A DNA stretch of 64,000 nt from the NCBI RefSeq assembly GCF_047634355.1, contig NZ_JBLIAL010000003.1. One strand, 5' to 3'. The stretch comes from Porticoccus sp. (lineage in GTDB: Bacteria; Pseudomonadota; Gammaproteobacteria; Pseudomonadales; Porticoccaceae). Shown piece by piece: positions 1 to 12,218 of the stretch. Every line of letters starts with the position of its first letter. The first letter of the stretch is position 1. Below the pieces are notes generated by a model. That model ran no database searches, was not told where the DNA came from, and saw nothing but the letters and a program-made list of their open reading frames with translations. The translations under genes and the position numbers were made by a program.

Positions 1-36
1 GAAATCCGTACAGGGTTTAATAATAAGGAGTAGAGC

Positions 37-435
37 TTGACTGAAATCAATCAACCACCGGCACCCCGCGGCGAACTCACCCTGCAGACGATAGCCATGC
101 CCAAAGACACCAATTCCAGTGGTGATATTTTTGGTGGCTGGCTGCTCTCACAAATGGATCTCGGTAGCTCCATTCTGGCCCAGCGAATTGCAAAGGGTCG
201 CGTGGCCACGGTTGCAATCAGTGAAATGTCGTTTCTTCGACCGGTTCCGGTTGGTGCCATTGTCAGTTGCTACTGTGAGTTGATGCAGGTCGGCAGCAGC
301 TCCATGACCATCAACGTTGAGGTCTGGATCAACATTGAATCCACCAATGAGCCCGCCAAGGTAACAGAGGGGCAATTTGTTTTTGTTGCCATCGACGAAC
401 GGGGCAAAACCCGCACGGTCAGCAAGGACAAATAA
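37..435 (+). CDS. yciA: Acyl-CoA thioesterase (hotdog fold, YciA family)
   Basis: 132 aa; AMPKDTNSSGDIFGGWLLSQMDLG motif; AAGGAG RBS before a TTG start. Confidence 0.9.
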   Translation: MTEINQPPAPRGELTLQTIAMPKDTNSSGDIFGGWLLSQMDLGSSILAQRIAKGRVATVAISEMSFLRPVPVGAIVSCYCELMQVGSSSMTINVEVWINIESTNEPAKVTEGQFVFVAIDERGKTRTVSKDK

Positions 436-467
436 AAACGGTATTGGCTGATACCGCCAATACCGTT
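433..467 (-). terminator. Intrinsic terminator for grxA (hairpin may also act on yciA)
   Basis: Perfect 12-bp stem AACGGTATTGGC (437-448) / GCCAATACCGTT (456-467), 7-nt loop; the A-run on its left gives a U-tract on the minus strand. Confidence 0.75.
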
Positions 468-532
468 CAATGTTTATGTGGGGGGCGCAATATTGCCAAC
501 CGGGCAATTGGCCTGAAAGTGCTGAAAAGTGC

Positions 533-787
533 CTATTGCTGCTGCCCGGCTTCTATTTTTTCAAAATATTCTGTGAGCTCCTGAAAACCACCAATATATT
601 CTTTGCCATGAAATATTTGCGGTACCGTATTGACCGGCTGGCCAATGGTTTTGGCGAGGTCTGCCGGACTGATCCCCTCGTCGTGGATATTCACATAACG
701 GTATTCCAGCCCCTTTTTTTCCATCAGTTCCTTGGCGCGTCGACAGAAACCACAGGCATCGTGGCCGAAAATAGTAAAAGGTTGCAT
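533..787 (-). CDS. grxA: Glutaredoxin 1 family
   Basis: 84 aa; CGFC active site, TVPQIF cis-Pro loop, YIGGF motif. Confidence 0.88.
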   Translation of the reverse strand: MQPFTIFGHDACGFCRRAKELMEKKGLEYRYVNIHDEGISPADLAKTIGQPVNTVPQIFHGKEYIGGFQELTEYFEKIEAGQQQ

Positions 788-854
788 AACGTTTCTCCTG
801 TTGGAATCAGATATTCATAGTAAATACTTTAGCTTTCGACCAACAATAGCTACA

Positions 855-891
855 GCTAATTATTGCTATACACATAATAGTCATACGCAAT
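855..891 (-). promoter_or_regulatory. OxyR-like operator upstream of grxA
   Basis: Minus strand reads ATTG-N7-CTAT-N7-ATAG-N7-TAGC versus consensus ATAG-N7-CTAT-N7-ATAG-N7-CTAT; E. coli grxA is an OxyR target. Confidence 0.4.
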
Positions 892-1123
892 TATTGGTTT
901 ACTATTTGCTCGCGCCACCACAGTATTTTCAGCAAGATCAGGATCGCAGCCAGCAAGTGTTTGAGGGTATGACCACTAATGAGGGTGGTTGCAGCAAAAA
1001 CTGCACCAGCAGGCAGGGGCGCAGGTCGCCGCTACCCAGAGTCTCTGTGATATGCCAGTAGATAACGGATCCTGCACCTTCAGTAAGGGCTGTATCACCC
1101 CTTGACGATACCTGCTCGGAAAC
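891..1123 (-). pseudogene. Degraded 3' remnant of a bacterial ceramidase/alkaline phytoceramidase-like (CREST superfamily) membrane protein
   Basis: One frame gives GAGSVIYWHITETLGSGDLRPCLLVQF (GDLRP at 1016-1030); another frame gives LISGHTLKHLLAAILILLKILWWREQIVNQ* (SGHTLKH at 957-977, TAA at 891-893). No 5' half or start codon. Family recognised from memory of its motifs. Confidence 0.65.
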
Positions 1124-1154
1124 CGGTGGTGCATAGTCTGCATCAATAAAGCCC

Positions 1155-1183
1155 TTACTATTCGGGGGTTGCAGCCTTATAAT
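1155..1183 (+). promoter_or_regulatory. Putative sigma70 promoter of glyQS
   Basis: TTACTA (1155-1160)-17 bp-TATAAT (1178-1183), 31 nt before the glyQ ATG. Confidence 0.5.
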
Positions 1184-1214
1184 TGCCGACTTTGCATGCC
1201 ATGGGGGAACTCAG

Positions 1215-2165
1215 TTGTCACAGACTACACCGGATGTTTCGACATTCCAGGGGCTTATTCTGTCTCTGCAACAGTTTTGGGCAAAGCACCACTGCGTCAT
1301 CCTGCAACCGCTGGATATGGAGGTGGGTGCGGGAACCTTCCACCCGGCAACTTTCCTGCGCGCCATCGGCCCCGAGAGCTGGCACAGCGCCTATGTGCAA
1401 CCCTGTCGCCGCCCCACAGATGGCCGCTACGGTGAAAATCCCAACCGACTGCAGCACTACTACCAGTTTCAGGTTGTCCTGAAACCGTCCCCCGATAATA
1501 TCCAGGAGCTGTATCTTGACTCCCTGCGACAACTCGGCATTGATACCAATATCCACGATATTCGATTTGTGGAGGATAACTGGGAATCACCCACGCTGGG
1601 CGCCTGGGGGCTCGGTTGGGAAGTGTGGCTGAATGGCATGGAAGTGACACAATTCACCTACTTCCAGCAGGTGGGCGGCCTGGAATGTTTTCCTGTCACC
1701 GGTGAGATCACCTACGGTCTCGAACGGATTGCCATGTATTTGCAGGGTGTGGATAGCATCTATGACCTGGTATGGACCGAGGGACCAGAAGGCCGTGTCA
1801 CTTACGGGGATGTTTTTCACCAGAATGAGGTGGAGATGTCAGCTTTTAACTTCAATGAGGCCAATGTGGATTTCCTGTTCCACAGCTTCGACGTTTACGA
1901 AAGCGAAAGTCAGCGGTTAATTGAAAAAGGGCTGCCACTACCCGCCTATGAAATGGTCATGAAAGCCTCGCACGCCTTCAATCTGCTGGATGCAAGGCAT
2001 GCCATTTCCGTCACCGAGCGGCAACGTTTCATTCTCCGTGTGAGAACCCTGGCAAGAGCCGTGGCACAGGCGTATTTCAACTCACGTTTGGCACTTGGCT
2101 TCCCGCTGGCACCACCGGCACTTGCCAATCACGTTAAACAGCTGGCAGCAGAGGCTCAAACATGA
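1215..2165 (+). CDS. glyQ: Glycyl-tRNA synthetase alpha subunit
   Basis: [34 protein letters not shown] and [13 protein letters not shown] motifs. Confidence 0.99.
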   Translation: MSQTTPDVSTFQGLILSLQQFWAKHHCVILQPLDMEVGAGTFHPATFLRAIGPESWHSAYVQPCRRPTDGRYGENPNRLQHYYQFQVVLKPSPDNIQELYLDSLRQLGIDTNIHDIRFVEDNWESPTLGAWGLGWEVWLNGMEVTQFTYFQQVGGLECFPVTGEITYGLERIAMYLQGVDSIYDLVWTEGPEGRVTYGDVFHQNEVEMSAFNFNEANVDFLFHSFDVYESESQRLIEKGLPLPAYEMVMKASHAFNLLDARHAISVTERQRFILRVRTLARAVAQAYFNSRLALGFPLAPPALANHVKQLAAEAQT

Positions 2166-4255
2166 GTTCAGATTTTCTTGTTGAAATTGGCACAGAAGAG
2201 CTCCCGCCAAAGTCACTGTTGAACCTTTCAGAGGCTTTTCGGGAGGAGATTGTAAATCGCCTTTCCGGACTAAAGCTGAATTTTGGTACCGTTTCCTCAT
2301 TTGCATCGCCCCGTCGCCTGGCAGTGGTAGTTCGCGCACTCGATCCGATGACCCCCGGGCAGGAAACCATCAACTGGGGGCCACCCAAATCTGTTGCATT
2401 CGATCAGACTGGCATACCAACTCGCGCCGCCCAGGCCTTTGCCGAAAAAAACAACTGTCCGCTGGCTGCCTTGGCAGAAATGATTGAGCACGATGGCAAA
2501 CAGGAAAAACTGTGCCACAGGGCAAGCCAACCGGGTCAATCAACCACTGCCCTGCTGGGGGATATCGTGTCCGGCGCTCTGGCAGCATTGCCCATTCCAA
2601 AGCGGATGCGCTGGGGTACACGCCGTGAAGAATTCGTCCGGCCAGTTCACTGGATCGTCATGCTATTCGGGAACGATGTTGTCAATACGCAGATAATGGG
2701 CCTACCCACCGGAAACCGAAGTCGCGGTCACCGTTTCCATGCCCCCAATGACATCGTTATTGACAGTCCGGCCAGCTATTGTCAGCAACTGAAGCAGGCT
2801 TACGTGTTGGCAGACTTTGATGAACGCCGCCATTTAATTCGAGAAGGCGTCCACGCCGCCGCCAAAAAAGCCGGCGGCCATGCAGCTATCGATGACGATT
2901 TGCTCAATGAAGTGACCGCCCTCAATGAGTGGCCCGTACCATTGGTGGGCCATTTTGAAGCACGCTTTCTCGACGTTCCCGCGGAAGCACTGATCTCTTC
3001 CATGAAATCTCACCAGAAATATTTTCACGTGCTGGATAACAGCGGCAAGCTAATGCCGCTCTTTATTACCGTTGCCAATATTGAGAGCACAGACCCCGAG
3101 CAGGTAATCCGCGGCAATGAAAGGGTGATACGACCACGCCTGTCGGACGCGGCCTTCTTTTACGAAACTGACCGGCAAACCACGCTGGCCCAACAGCGCG
3201 AGTCACTTCGCAGCATTGTGTTTCAGGCAAAGCTCGGATCGCTGTTTGACAAAACTGAACGGGTTGCCAGCCTGGCCCGGGCATTATCCGAGACAACCGG
3301 TGCCGACGGCGCGCTGGTATTTCGGGCCGGGGAGTTGAGCAAGTCGGATCTGGTGAGCGAAATGGTCGGTGAGTTTGATGACTTGCAAGGGACCATGGGC
3401 CGCTATTATGCCATGCACGATGGTGAAGACCCGGAAGTGGCCAATGCGCTTTTTGAACAATACCTGCCCCGTTTTGCCGGTGACGTCATTCCCACCACCA
3501 GGACCGGGATTACCCTGGCGATCGCCGACCGACTCGATACCCTCGTTGGTATCTTTGGTATCGGGCAACCGCCCAGCGGCTCGAAAGACCCCTTTGCCCT
3601 GCGCCGGGCAAGCCTGGGTGTATTACGGATTATTGTCGAACACAACATCGATATTGATCTCAGGATAGCACTGAACCTGGCTCTTACCCAACACATCGAC
3701 ACATCAACGCTGGTGGAGAGCGCTGACCACATTACCAAGCAAGTACTCACTTACATGCTGGACCGCTTCAAAGGGCGATATGAAGATGAGCATATCCCTG
3801 CCGAGGTCTTCCAGTCTGTCGCTGCGCAACAGCTCAGCAACCCGCTGGACATTCATCTGCGAGTAATGGCCGTACACGCCTTCAACCAACTGCCGGAAGC
3901 TGAGGCACTTGCCGCCGCCAACAAGCGTGTATCCAATATTCTCTCCAAACAAACCGATCTGCCGGATGGCAGGGACGTGAATCCGGCCTTGCTTGTCGAA
4001 CCCGCCGAACAGACACTCGCCACAACACTCGCGGCACTGACCGGTGCAGTCAGCCCGCTCCTTGAAGCCCGGGATTACACCAGCGCGCTGAAAGAGCTGG
4101 CAAAATTGCGGGATCCGGTCGATCAGTTTTTTGATGAGGTCATGGTAATGGCAGAACAGTCAGAAATACGCATGAACCGCCTTGCACTGTTACAAAAGCT
4201 TCAGGCGTTGTTTCTGAATATAGCGGATATTTCCCTGTTGGTAACGGCCAAGTAA
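2162..4255 (+). CDS. glyS: Glycyl-tRNA synthetase beta subunit
   Basis: [23 protein letters not shown]; ATGA-type overlap with glyQ. Confidence 0.99.
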   Translation: MSSDFLVEIGTEELPPKSLLNLSEAFREEIVNRLSGLKLNFGTVSSFASPRRLAVVVRALDPMTPGQETINWGPPKSVAFDQTGIPTRAAQAFAEKNNCPLAALAEMIEHDGKQEKLCHRASQPGQSTTALLGDIVSGALAALPIPKRMRWGTRREEFVRPVHWIVMLFGNDVVNTQIMGLPTGNRSRGHRFHAPNDIVIDSPASYCQQLKQAYVLADFDERRHLIREGVHAAAKKAGGHAAIDDDLLNEVTALNEWPVPLVGHFEARFLDVPAEALISSMKSHQKYFHVLDNSGKLMPLFITVANIESTDPEQVIRGNERVIRPRLSDAAFFYETDRQTTLAQQRESLRSIVFQAKLGSLFDKTERVASLARALSETTGADGALVFRAGELSKSDLVSEMVGEFDDLQGTMGRYYAMHDGEDPEVANALFEQYLPRFAGDVIPTTRTGITLAIADRLDTLVGIFGIGQPPSGSKDPFALRRASLGVLRIIVEHNIDIDLRIALNLALTQHIDTSTLVESADHITKQVLTYMLDRFKGRYEDEHIPAEVFQSVAAQQLSNPLDIHLRVMAVHAFNQLPEAEALAAANKRVSNILSKQTDLPDGRDVNPALLVEPAEQTLATTLAALTGAVSPLLEARDYTSALKELAKLRDPVDQFFDEVMVMAEQSEIRMNRLALLQKLQALFLNIADISLLVTAK

Positions 4256-4831
4256 ATGACGAGGCTGGTTATTCTAGACCGGGATGGCGTCATCAATCAG
4301 GACTCCGATAATTACATCAAGACTGTCGATGAATGGATCCCTCTGCCCGGCAGTATCGCTGCCATAGCCAGGCTCCACCGGGCCGGTTACAGCGTCGTCG
4401 TAGCTACTAACCAGTCCGGTATTGGGCGGGGGCTGTTTGATCTTGATGACCTGGAAGCCATGCACGAAAAGTTGTCCGGACTTCTGGCCCAACAGGGTGC
4501 CGGGCTGGCGGGAATATTCTATTGCCCTCATACACCAGAGGATCACTGCCATTGCCGAAAACCGGCACCCGGGCTTATCGATGCCATCGCCAGTGAATTT
4601 GGTGTGTCACTGAACGGCGTTCCCCTGATCGGCGACAGTCTGCGGGATTTACAGGCTGGCTTGAGTCACCAGTGCACCCCCATTCTGGTACGTACCGGCA
4701 AAGGTGCCGCCACGGAAAAAAAACTGCCTTCTCAACCGGAAATCGAGTTACAGCAAGCGCCCGTTTTTGATGATCTGGACCAGGCTGTGGATTATTTACT
4801 GGCCCAGGGCACAGGATTTCCTTATGAATAA
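4256..4831 (+). CDS. gmhB: D-glycero-beta-D-manno-heptose 1,7-bisphosphate 7-phosphatase (HAD family)
   Basis: DRDGVIN, TNQSG, CPH..C.CRKP Zn motif, IGDSLRD. Confidence 0.95.
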   Translation: MTRLVILDRDGVINQDSDNYIKTVDEWIPLPGSIAAIARLHRAGYSVVVATNQSGIGRGLFDLDDLEAMHEKLSGLLAQQGAGLAGIFYCPHTPEDHCHCRKPAPGLIDAIASEFGVSLNGVPLIGDSLRDLQAGLSHQCTPILVRTGKGAATEKKLPSQPEIELQQAPVFDDLDQAVDYLLAQGTGFPYE

Positions 4832-5552
4832 GCCGATTATGCTCCTGCGTTCAATGCTGTTTTATCTGCTCTATCTACTGATAGTCTTTGTTTTTGGCCT
4901 CGTTTCTATCATTTCCGGGCCTTTTCTAGGTTACCTGAACCGTCACCGTCTACTCACCACCGCCGGCATGCTGATTAACCGTGCGCTGAGTCTCACCTGT
5001 GGTATTAACGTCCAGGTAGATGGTCTGGAAAATGTTCCCCATACCCCCTGCGTTATCCTCAGCAAGCACCAGTCCACCTGGGAGGTTTTTTTCCTGCAGC
5101 GGCTCTTTATGCCCGTCAGCACCATCCTGAAACAGGAGTTACTGAAAATACCTTTTTTTGGCTGGGGTATCCGTCTGATGCACCCCATTGCCATTGATCG
5201 CAGCAACCCACGCCAGGCCATGAAGCAGGTTATGCAGCAGGGCACACAACGTATCGGCGAAGGGAATCGGGTCGTTATTTATCCAGAGGGGTCCCGCATC
5301 CCTTTTGGTAAAATTGGCAAGTATGGTCGAAGTGGCGCCGCCCTGGCGATTGCAGCGGGTGTGCCCATCATTCCGGTAGCGCATAATGCGGGCTATTGCT
5401 GGCCAGCCCGGCAACTGATGAAACGATCGGGTACGATCCATGTCATTATTGGCAAGCCCATTCTTGTGACACCGGAAAGCAACAGTCAGGCTGTGACAGA
5501 ACAGGTTAAAGACTGGATTGAGACACAGCAGCTAAAATTGGCCGACCAGTAA
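4824..5552 (+). CDS. plsC: 1-acyl-sn-glycerol-3-phosphate acyltransferase
   Basis: SKHQSTWE, YPEGSR, IIPVAHN motifs; start placed at ATG 4824, overlapping the gmhB end. Confidence 0.92.
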   Translation: MNKPIMLLRSMLFYLLYLLIVFVFGLVSIISGPFLGYLNRHRLLTTAGMLINRALSLTCGINVQVDGLENVPHTPCVILSKHQSTWEVFFLQRLFMPVSTILKQELLKIPFFGWGIRLMHPIAIDRSNPRQAMKQVMQQGTQRIGEGNRVVIYPEGSRIPFGKIGKYGRSGAALAIAAGVPIIPVAHNAGYCWPARQLMKRSGTIHVIIGKPILVTPESNSQAVTEQVKDWIETQQLKLADQ

Positions 5553-5639
5553 GTTTTTCATCACAAGCTGTTAGATTTTCTACCCATACACTCCTACACT
5601 GACTTGTGTGACTGTCCACAACAAGCGTGGGTTTTATGC

Positions 5640-5813
5640 ATGAAAGATCTAGATAAAGGTGCTTATATTGGAGAAGATCGACGCAAAGTGCAGCGCCGGA
5701 AAAGCCCCGATAGGCGTGAGGATATTCGCTTTGAACCCAGCAAAGTCGATCGTAGGGAAAATCGCGGTCGCCGGAAAACGGATGGCGATGTGTGGCGGGA
5801 TCACGAAGAATAG
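5640..5813 (+). CDS. Small Arg-rich protein (57 aa) with YxGxDRR motif and xRR repeats
   Basis: MKDLDKGAYIGEDRRKVQRRKSPDRREDIRFEPSKVDRRENRGRRKTDGDVWRDHEE; followed by a terminator; weak RBS. Confidence 0.7.
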   Translation: MKDLDKGAYIGEDRRKVQRRKSPDRREDIRFEPSKVDRRENRGRRKTDGDVWRDHEE

Positions 5814-5840
5814 AGCGGCCTGCGTACAGGTAAACAGGCC

Positions 5841-5873
5841 ATAAAAAAACCCGACCAATGGCCGGGTTTTTTA
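5841..5873. terminator. Bidirectional intrinsic terminator between the small ORF and gyrB
   Basis: ATAAAAAAACCCG-accaatggc-CGGGTTTTTTAT with A and T tracts on both sides. Confidence 0.9.
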
Positions 5874-5889
5874 TTTATAAATCAATCAG

Positions 5890-8328
<2,439 letters not shown>

Positions 8329-8351
8329 TCATATTAATTTCTGGATGTAGA

Positions 8352-9455
8352 TTACTCAGTGCAATGCTCTTCCCGAACAGAACCCTGTTCCACGTGGAAC
8401 AACCTAAGTTCGCTTGTTGTCTCTGGCCAGAGGTCCAAAAGATCCCTCCGCTCTACGCCCGTAACGAATATTTGAGCACCGAGGACACTAAGCTTTTCAC
8501 AAACCTGCTGTCTGTGTTTTAGATCCAGTTCTGCCGGCAGGTCATCTATCAAATAAAGCCCGGACCGACCGGTTTTATTATAAAAAAGATAGCCTTGTGC
8601 AACTTGCATAGCCGTCGCCAGCACTTTTAGCTGCCCGCGAGATAGAATATCGCTGGCATTCTGTTTCTTTATCCTGATCCGTAAATCCGCACGGTGGGGG
8701 CCATGATGGGTAGTTTTTAGCAGGCGATCTCTCTGGCGATCTTTCAGTAGCACCTCCGTCAAACCCACCGCCTCATCCCAGCCAGGATTAACAATGAAGT
8801 CCACATCAGCCAAACCCTCAGACAGCTCACAAGCCACCTGTTTGACTATGGGCAACAAATCATTGAGGTAGGCATTTCTCGAGGTATTTATCTGTTGCGC
8901 GAGATCGACAAATTCAGTATCCCATACAGCCAACAACTGTTCGTCTATTCTATCATGTCGCATTAGCGAATTGCGTTGTTTCAATACACGCTGGTAGCGT
9001 CGTACCAACTGTTTGTAGTTGTGTTCCACGTGGAACACACCCCAATCGATAAATCGGCGACGATATTGTGGGCCACCACCAATCAGGTCAAAGCCCTCGG
9101 CATTTAAAAGCAACAATGGCAAAGTTTCAGCAAGAGCCGATGCGGCAGAAATTTGTTGTCCATTTATTTTGAATAAGAAATCGCCTTGGCGACCACGAGA
9201 AATACCTATCGGCGTTGAAACACCGCAAGATTCGCGCAAACCATACGCGGTGCAGACCTGCTCTTGGGTATTTATGACGGTGTTGAGAATACGGCTTCGG
9301 AAGGAACGACCACGACCCAACAGAAAAATCGCCTCGAGAATGCTGGTCTTGCCACTACCGTTGGGACCGTGGAAAAGATTCACTTGCGGAGAAAGAGACA
9401 GCTGAATGTGCTTCAAATTTCTCAATCCGTGCACATGCAACTGTTTAAGATACAT
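8352..9455 (-). CDS. recF: DNA replication/repair protein RecF
   Basis: GPNGSGKTS Walker A, LSRGQ, IDDLPAELD; between dnaN and gyrB. Confidence 0.97.
   Translation of the reverse strand: MYLKQLHVHGLRNLKHIQLSLSPQVNLFHGPNGSGKTSILEAIFLLGRGRSFRSRILNTVINTQEQVCTAYGLRESCGVSTPIGISRGRQGDFLFKINGQQISAASALAETLPLLLLNAEGFDLIGGGPQYRRRFIDWGVFHVEHNYKQLVRRYQRVLKQRNSLMRHDRIDEQLLAVWDTEFVDLAQQINTSRNAYLNDLLPIVKQVACELSEGLADVDFIVNPGWDEAVGLTEVLLKDRQRDRLLKTTHHGPHRADLRIRIKKQNASDILSRGQLKVLATAMQVAQGYLFYNKTGRSGLYLIDDLPAELDLKHRQQVCEKLSVLGAQIFVTGVERRDLLDLWPETTSELRLFHVEQGSVREEHCTE
8386..8401. promoter_or_regulatory. parS centromere site (inside recF)
   Basis: Perfect palindrome TGTTCCACGTGGAACA matching the chromosomal parS consensus. 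Confidence 0.9.
9022..9037. promoter_or_regulatory. parS centromere site (inside recF)
   Basis: TGTTCCACGTGGAACA, extending to an 18-bp palindrome (9021-9038). Confidence 0.9.
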
Positions 9456-9492
9456 TGACTGCGTCGATTGTTATATCCAAAACAGACACGCT

Positions 9493-10596
9493 CTATAGGC
9501 GCATCGGCATGACCACGTAGACAGCGCCCGCAGTCGCGGGGTCTTCAATCAGCGCACTGCTGTTTGCATCGGACAGGGTAAAGCGGACCTCCTCCCCACG
9601 TAAGACATTAAGCACATCAATGACATAGCTGACATTAAAACCTATTTCCAATTCACCAGCGTCATAGTTAACGGCTACGTCTTCCTGGGCTTCCTCTTGC
9701 TCCGGGTTATTCGCTGTCAACGTCAGCAGGCCATCACTGAGAAGCAAACGCACACCGCGGTACTTTTCATTGGAAAGGATCGCGGTGCGACTAAATGCCT
9801 GCCGCAGCTCCTCCCTCCGACCGGTGAGTTGTTTATTGCCACCCTTGGGCAAGACACGCTGATAGTCAGGATAGGCGCCATCAACCAATTTTGAAGTAAA
9901 ACGAAATTCTGGTGTTGAAACCCGTATGTGATTATTGCCAAGTACAACTTCAACCCCGGCATCTTCAACGAGCAGGCGGGACAGCTCCAAAACACCCTTG
10001 CGCGGGATAATGACCTGAATCGCGTCGCTGTCAAGATTCTCCAGGGGTGCGTCACGCATGGCCAACCGGTGGCCATCGGTTGCAACCACCCGGACCCGGC
10101 CTTCACCGACCTCAAGCAGCATGCCATTCAGATAGTAACGTACATCCTGCTGAGCCATGGCAAATGCTGTGCTATCCAGCAATTGTTTAAAGGTTTGCTG
10201 ACTCAGGGAAAACTCCCTGTTACCAGGGCCATCTTCTACACTCGGAAATTCATTTGCCGGCAGTGTTGACAGGGTAAAACGGCTCCTACCACTCGTAACA
10301 GTTGCACGACCCGCATCCACCGAAATAGTCAACTCTGCACCCTCGGGCAAAGAACGACAAATATCCATCAATTTTCGACCGGGCACCGTGATTTCACCAT
10401 CTATAACCGGACTATCACCCAGATCCAGATAACCAAGAATTTCCACCTCAAGATCCGTTCCAGTTAACGATAGACGACCGTCACTCAATCCAATCAGCAC
10501 ATTCGATAGGATGGGTAAGGTCTGACGTCTTTCAACAACGCCAACTACCAACTGCAGGGGCTTTAGAAAATCTTCTCGCGATACGGTGAACTTCAT
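9493..10596 (-). CDS. dnaN: DNA polymerase III beta sliding clamp
   Basis: VVERRQTLPILSNV, QDVRYYLNG, VATDGHRLA, VVMPMRL C-terminus. Confidence 0.99.
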   Translation of the reverse strand: MKFTVSREDFLKPLQLVVGVVERRQTLPILSNVLIGLSDGRLSLTGTDLEVEILGYLDLGDSPVIDGEITVPGRKLMDICRSLPEGAELTISVDAGRATVTSGRSRFTLSTLPANEFPSVEDGPGNREFSLSQQTFKQLLDSTAFAMAQQDVRYYLNGMLLEVGEGRVRVVATDGHRLAMRDAPLENLDSDAIQVIIPRKGVLELSRLLVEDAGVEVVLGNNHIRVSTPEFRFTSKLVDGAYPDYQRVLPKGGNKQLTGRREELRQAFSRTAILSNEKYRGVRLLLSDGLLTLTANNPEQEEAQEDVAVNYDAGELEIGFNVSYVIDVLNVLRGEEVRFTLSDANSSALIEDPATAGAVYVVMPMRL

Positions 10597-10690
10597 TAGC
10601 TATCTTCCAACAAGTAAATAGGGCCGGTTATCTGAGGGCTACTATTATGATCTATCCTGGATTCCGGGAACAGTTTTTGTCGTCTGACAA

Positions 10691-12121
10691 TCAGGTGGTC
10701 AATGCCCGTAGTAGTTGCTTGAAGTCCTCACCTATATCACGACTCGTTTCCTGCAACTCCTTGACCTTCCGGCATGCGTGGAGGACCGTTGTATGATCCC
10801 GGCCACCAAAGGCCTCCCCTATTTCCGGCAAACTGTGATTTGTCAGCTCCTTGGCCAGGGCCATTGCCACCTGCCGTGGTCTGGCAATTGACCGGCTTCT
10901 GCGTTTTGAAAGAAGCTCAGACAGTTTAACCTTGTAATATTCAGATACCACCCGCTGGATATTATCGATGGTCACCAGCTTGTCCTGCAGGGCTAGGAGA
11001 TCCCGAAGTGATTCACGAATAAGGTCTATATCTATTGGCCTACCGGTAAAGTGGGCACTTGCTATAACTCTTTTTAAAGCACCTTCAAGCTCTCGCACAT
11101 TTGACCGGATACGCTGGGCAATAAAAAAAGCAGCATCGGTCGGCAACTCAACCTTTGCCTGGTGGGCCTTTTTAATAAGAATCGCTACGCGGGTTTCCAG
11201 TTCCGGGGGCTCTACCGCAACAGTCAGCCCCCACCCGAAACGGGATTTGAGGCGCTCTTCAAGACCATTGATTTCTTTTGGGTAACGGTCACAGGTCAGT
11301 ATCATTTGCTGACCGCCCTCAAGGAGTGCATTGAAGGTATGAAAAAACTCCTCCTGAGATCGCTCCTTGCCTGCAAAAAATTGGATGTCATCAATCAACA
11401 AAGCATCCACGGAACGGTAGAAGCGCTTGAAATCGTTGATAGCATTTAACTGCAATGCCTTGACCATATCCGCAACAAAACGCTCAGAATGCAGATAAAT
11501 AATTTTTGCATTGGGCTTCTGCAGGCGCAACGCATTACCCACAGCATGCATCAGGTGAGTTTTACCCAACCCAACCCCACCGTAGATAAAGAGGGGGTTA
11601 TAAGACCCACCGGGATTTTCAGCAATCTGCTTCGAAGCAGCCAGTGCCAGCTGATTTGATTTCCCCTCTACAAACGAAGAAAAGGTAAAAACTTCATTTA
11701 TATTGCTCTGATGATTCAGGCCACCCTCAATACCACTGTTTCTTGTGGCTGAATGTGTTTGAGGTCGGGGTGGAACAGTAGCTGGCACCGGATCTGAAAC
11801 AGCAGTATCAACCTCTATATCAGTAGATGGCTTCGAAACAGCTACACCACGCTCCCTTTCCAGGACCCCTGATTCCACGGTTACCGCACATCGCTCCCCG
11901 CAAACCTGCTGATAAATATCGACTATCCGATCAAGAAATTTGTCCGACACCCAGTCTTTCACAAAACGATTGGGTGCCAGCAGACAGACACTGTTTGTGG
12001 TGGTCGACCCTGTAGATTGTGAGGTATCGAGTTTTAGTGGCCTTATCCAGGTATTGAATTGTTGTGCTGGCAACTCTTCCTGAAGATAACCTAGACACTT
12101 TTCCCATAAAATTTGAGCCAA
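10691..12121 (-). CDS. dnaA: Chromosomal replication initiator DnaA
   Basis: [36 protein letters not shown]; TTG start. Confidence 0.99.
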   Translation of the reverse strand: MAQILWEKCLGYLQEELPAQQFNTWIRPLKLDTSQSTGSTTTNSVCLLAPNRFVKDWVSDKFLDRIVDIYQQVCGERCAVTVESGVLERERGVAVSKPSTDIEVDTAVSDPVPATVPPRPQTHSATRNSGIEGGLNHQSNINEVFTFSSFVEGKSNQLALAASKQIAENPGGSYNPLFIYGGVGLGKTHLMHAVGNALRLQKPNAKIIYLHSERFVADMVKALQLNAINDFKRFYRSVDALLIDDIQFFAGKERSQEEFFHTFNALLEGGQQMILTCDRYPKEINGLEERLKSRFGWGLTVAVEPPELETRVAILIKKAHQAKVELPTDAAFFIAQRIRSNVRELEGALKRVIASAHFTGRPIDIDLIRESLRDLLALQDKLVTIDNIQRVVSEYYKVKLSELLSKRRSRSIARPRQVAMALAKELTNHSLPEIGEAFGGRDHTTVLHACRKVKELQETSRDIGEDFKQLLRALTT

Positions 12122-12189
12122 ACCAAACCCCTTCTTAGCTTTGTAGGCGGCACGAAAATGCGGATACTTCGTGTTGTTTTTATGGACCC

Positions 12190-12218
12190 AGTCTAGCGAT
12201 AAAAGACTCGGTTATCCA
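12190..12218 (-). promoter_or_regulatory. Putative dnaA promoter with a DnaA box over the -35 (autoregulation)
   Basis: Minus strand TGGATA-17 bp-TAGACT; the -35 lies inside the DnaA box at 12212-12220. Confidence 0.55.

Noticed and set aside
732-1061. 109-aa plus-strand ORF and neighbouring short ORFs in the grxA-glyQ gap
   Set aside because: No RBS or recognisable motifs; overlaps grxA; the real signal is the pseudogene on the opposite strand.
1082-1159. 9-bp inverted repeat AGTAAGGGC/GCCCTTACT with a possible inner stem, considered as an IS scar or glyQ leader RNA
   Set aside because: It lies upstream of the predicted glyQ promoter; one arm is pseudogene coding sequence and the other is the -35; no target duplication; not a T-box or glycine riboswitch pattern.
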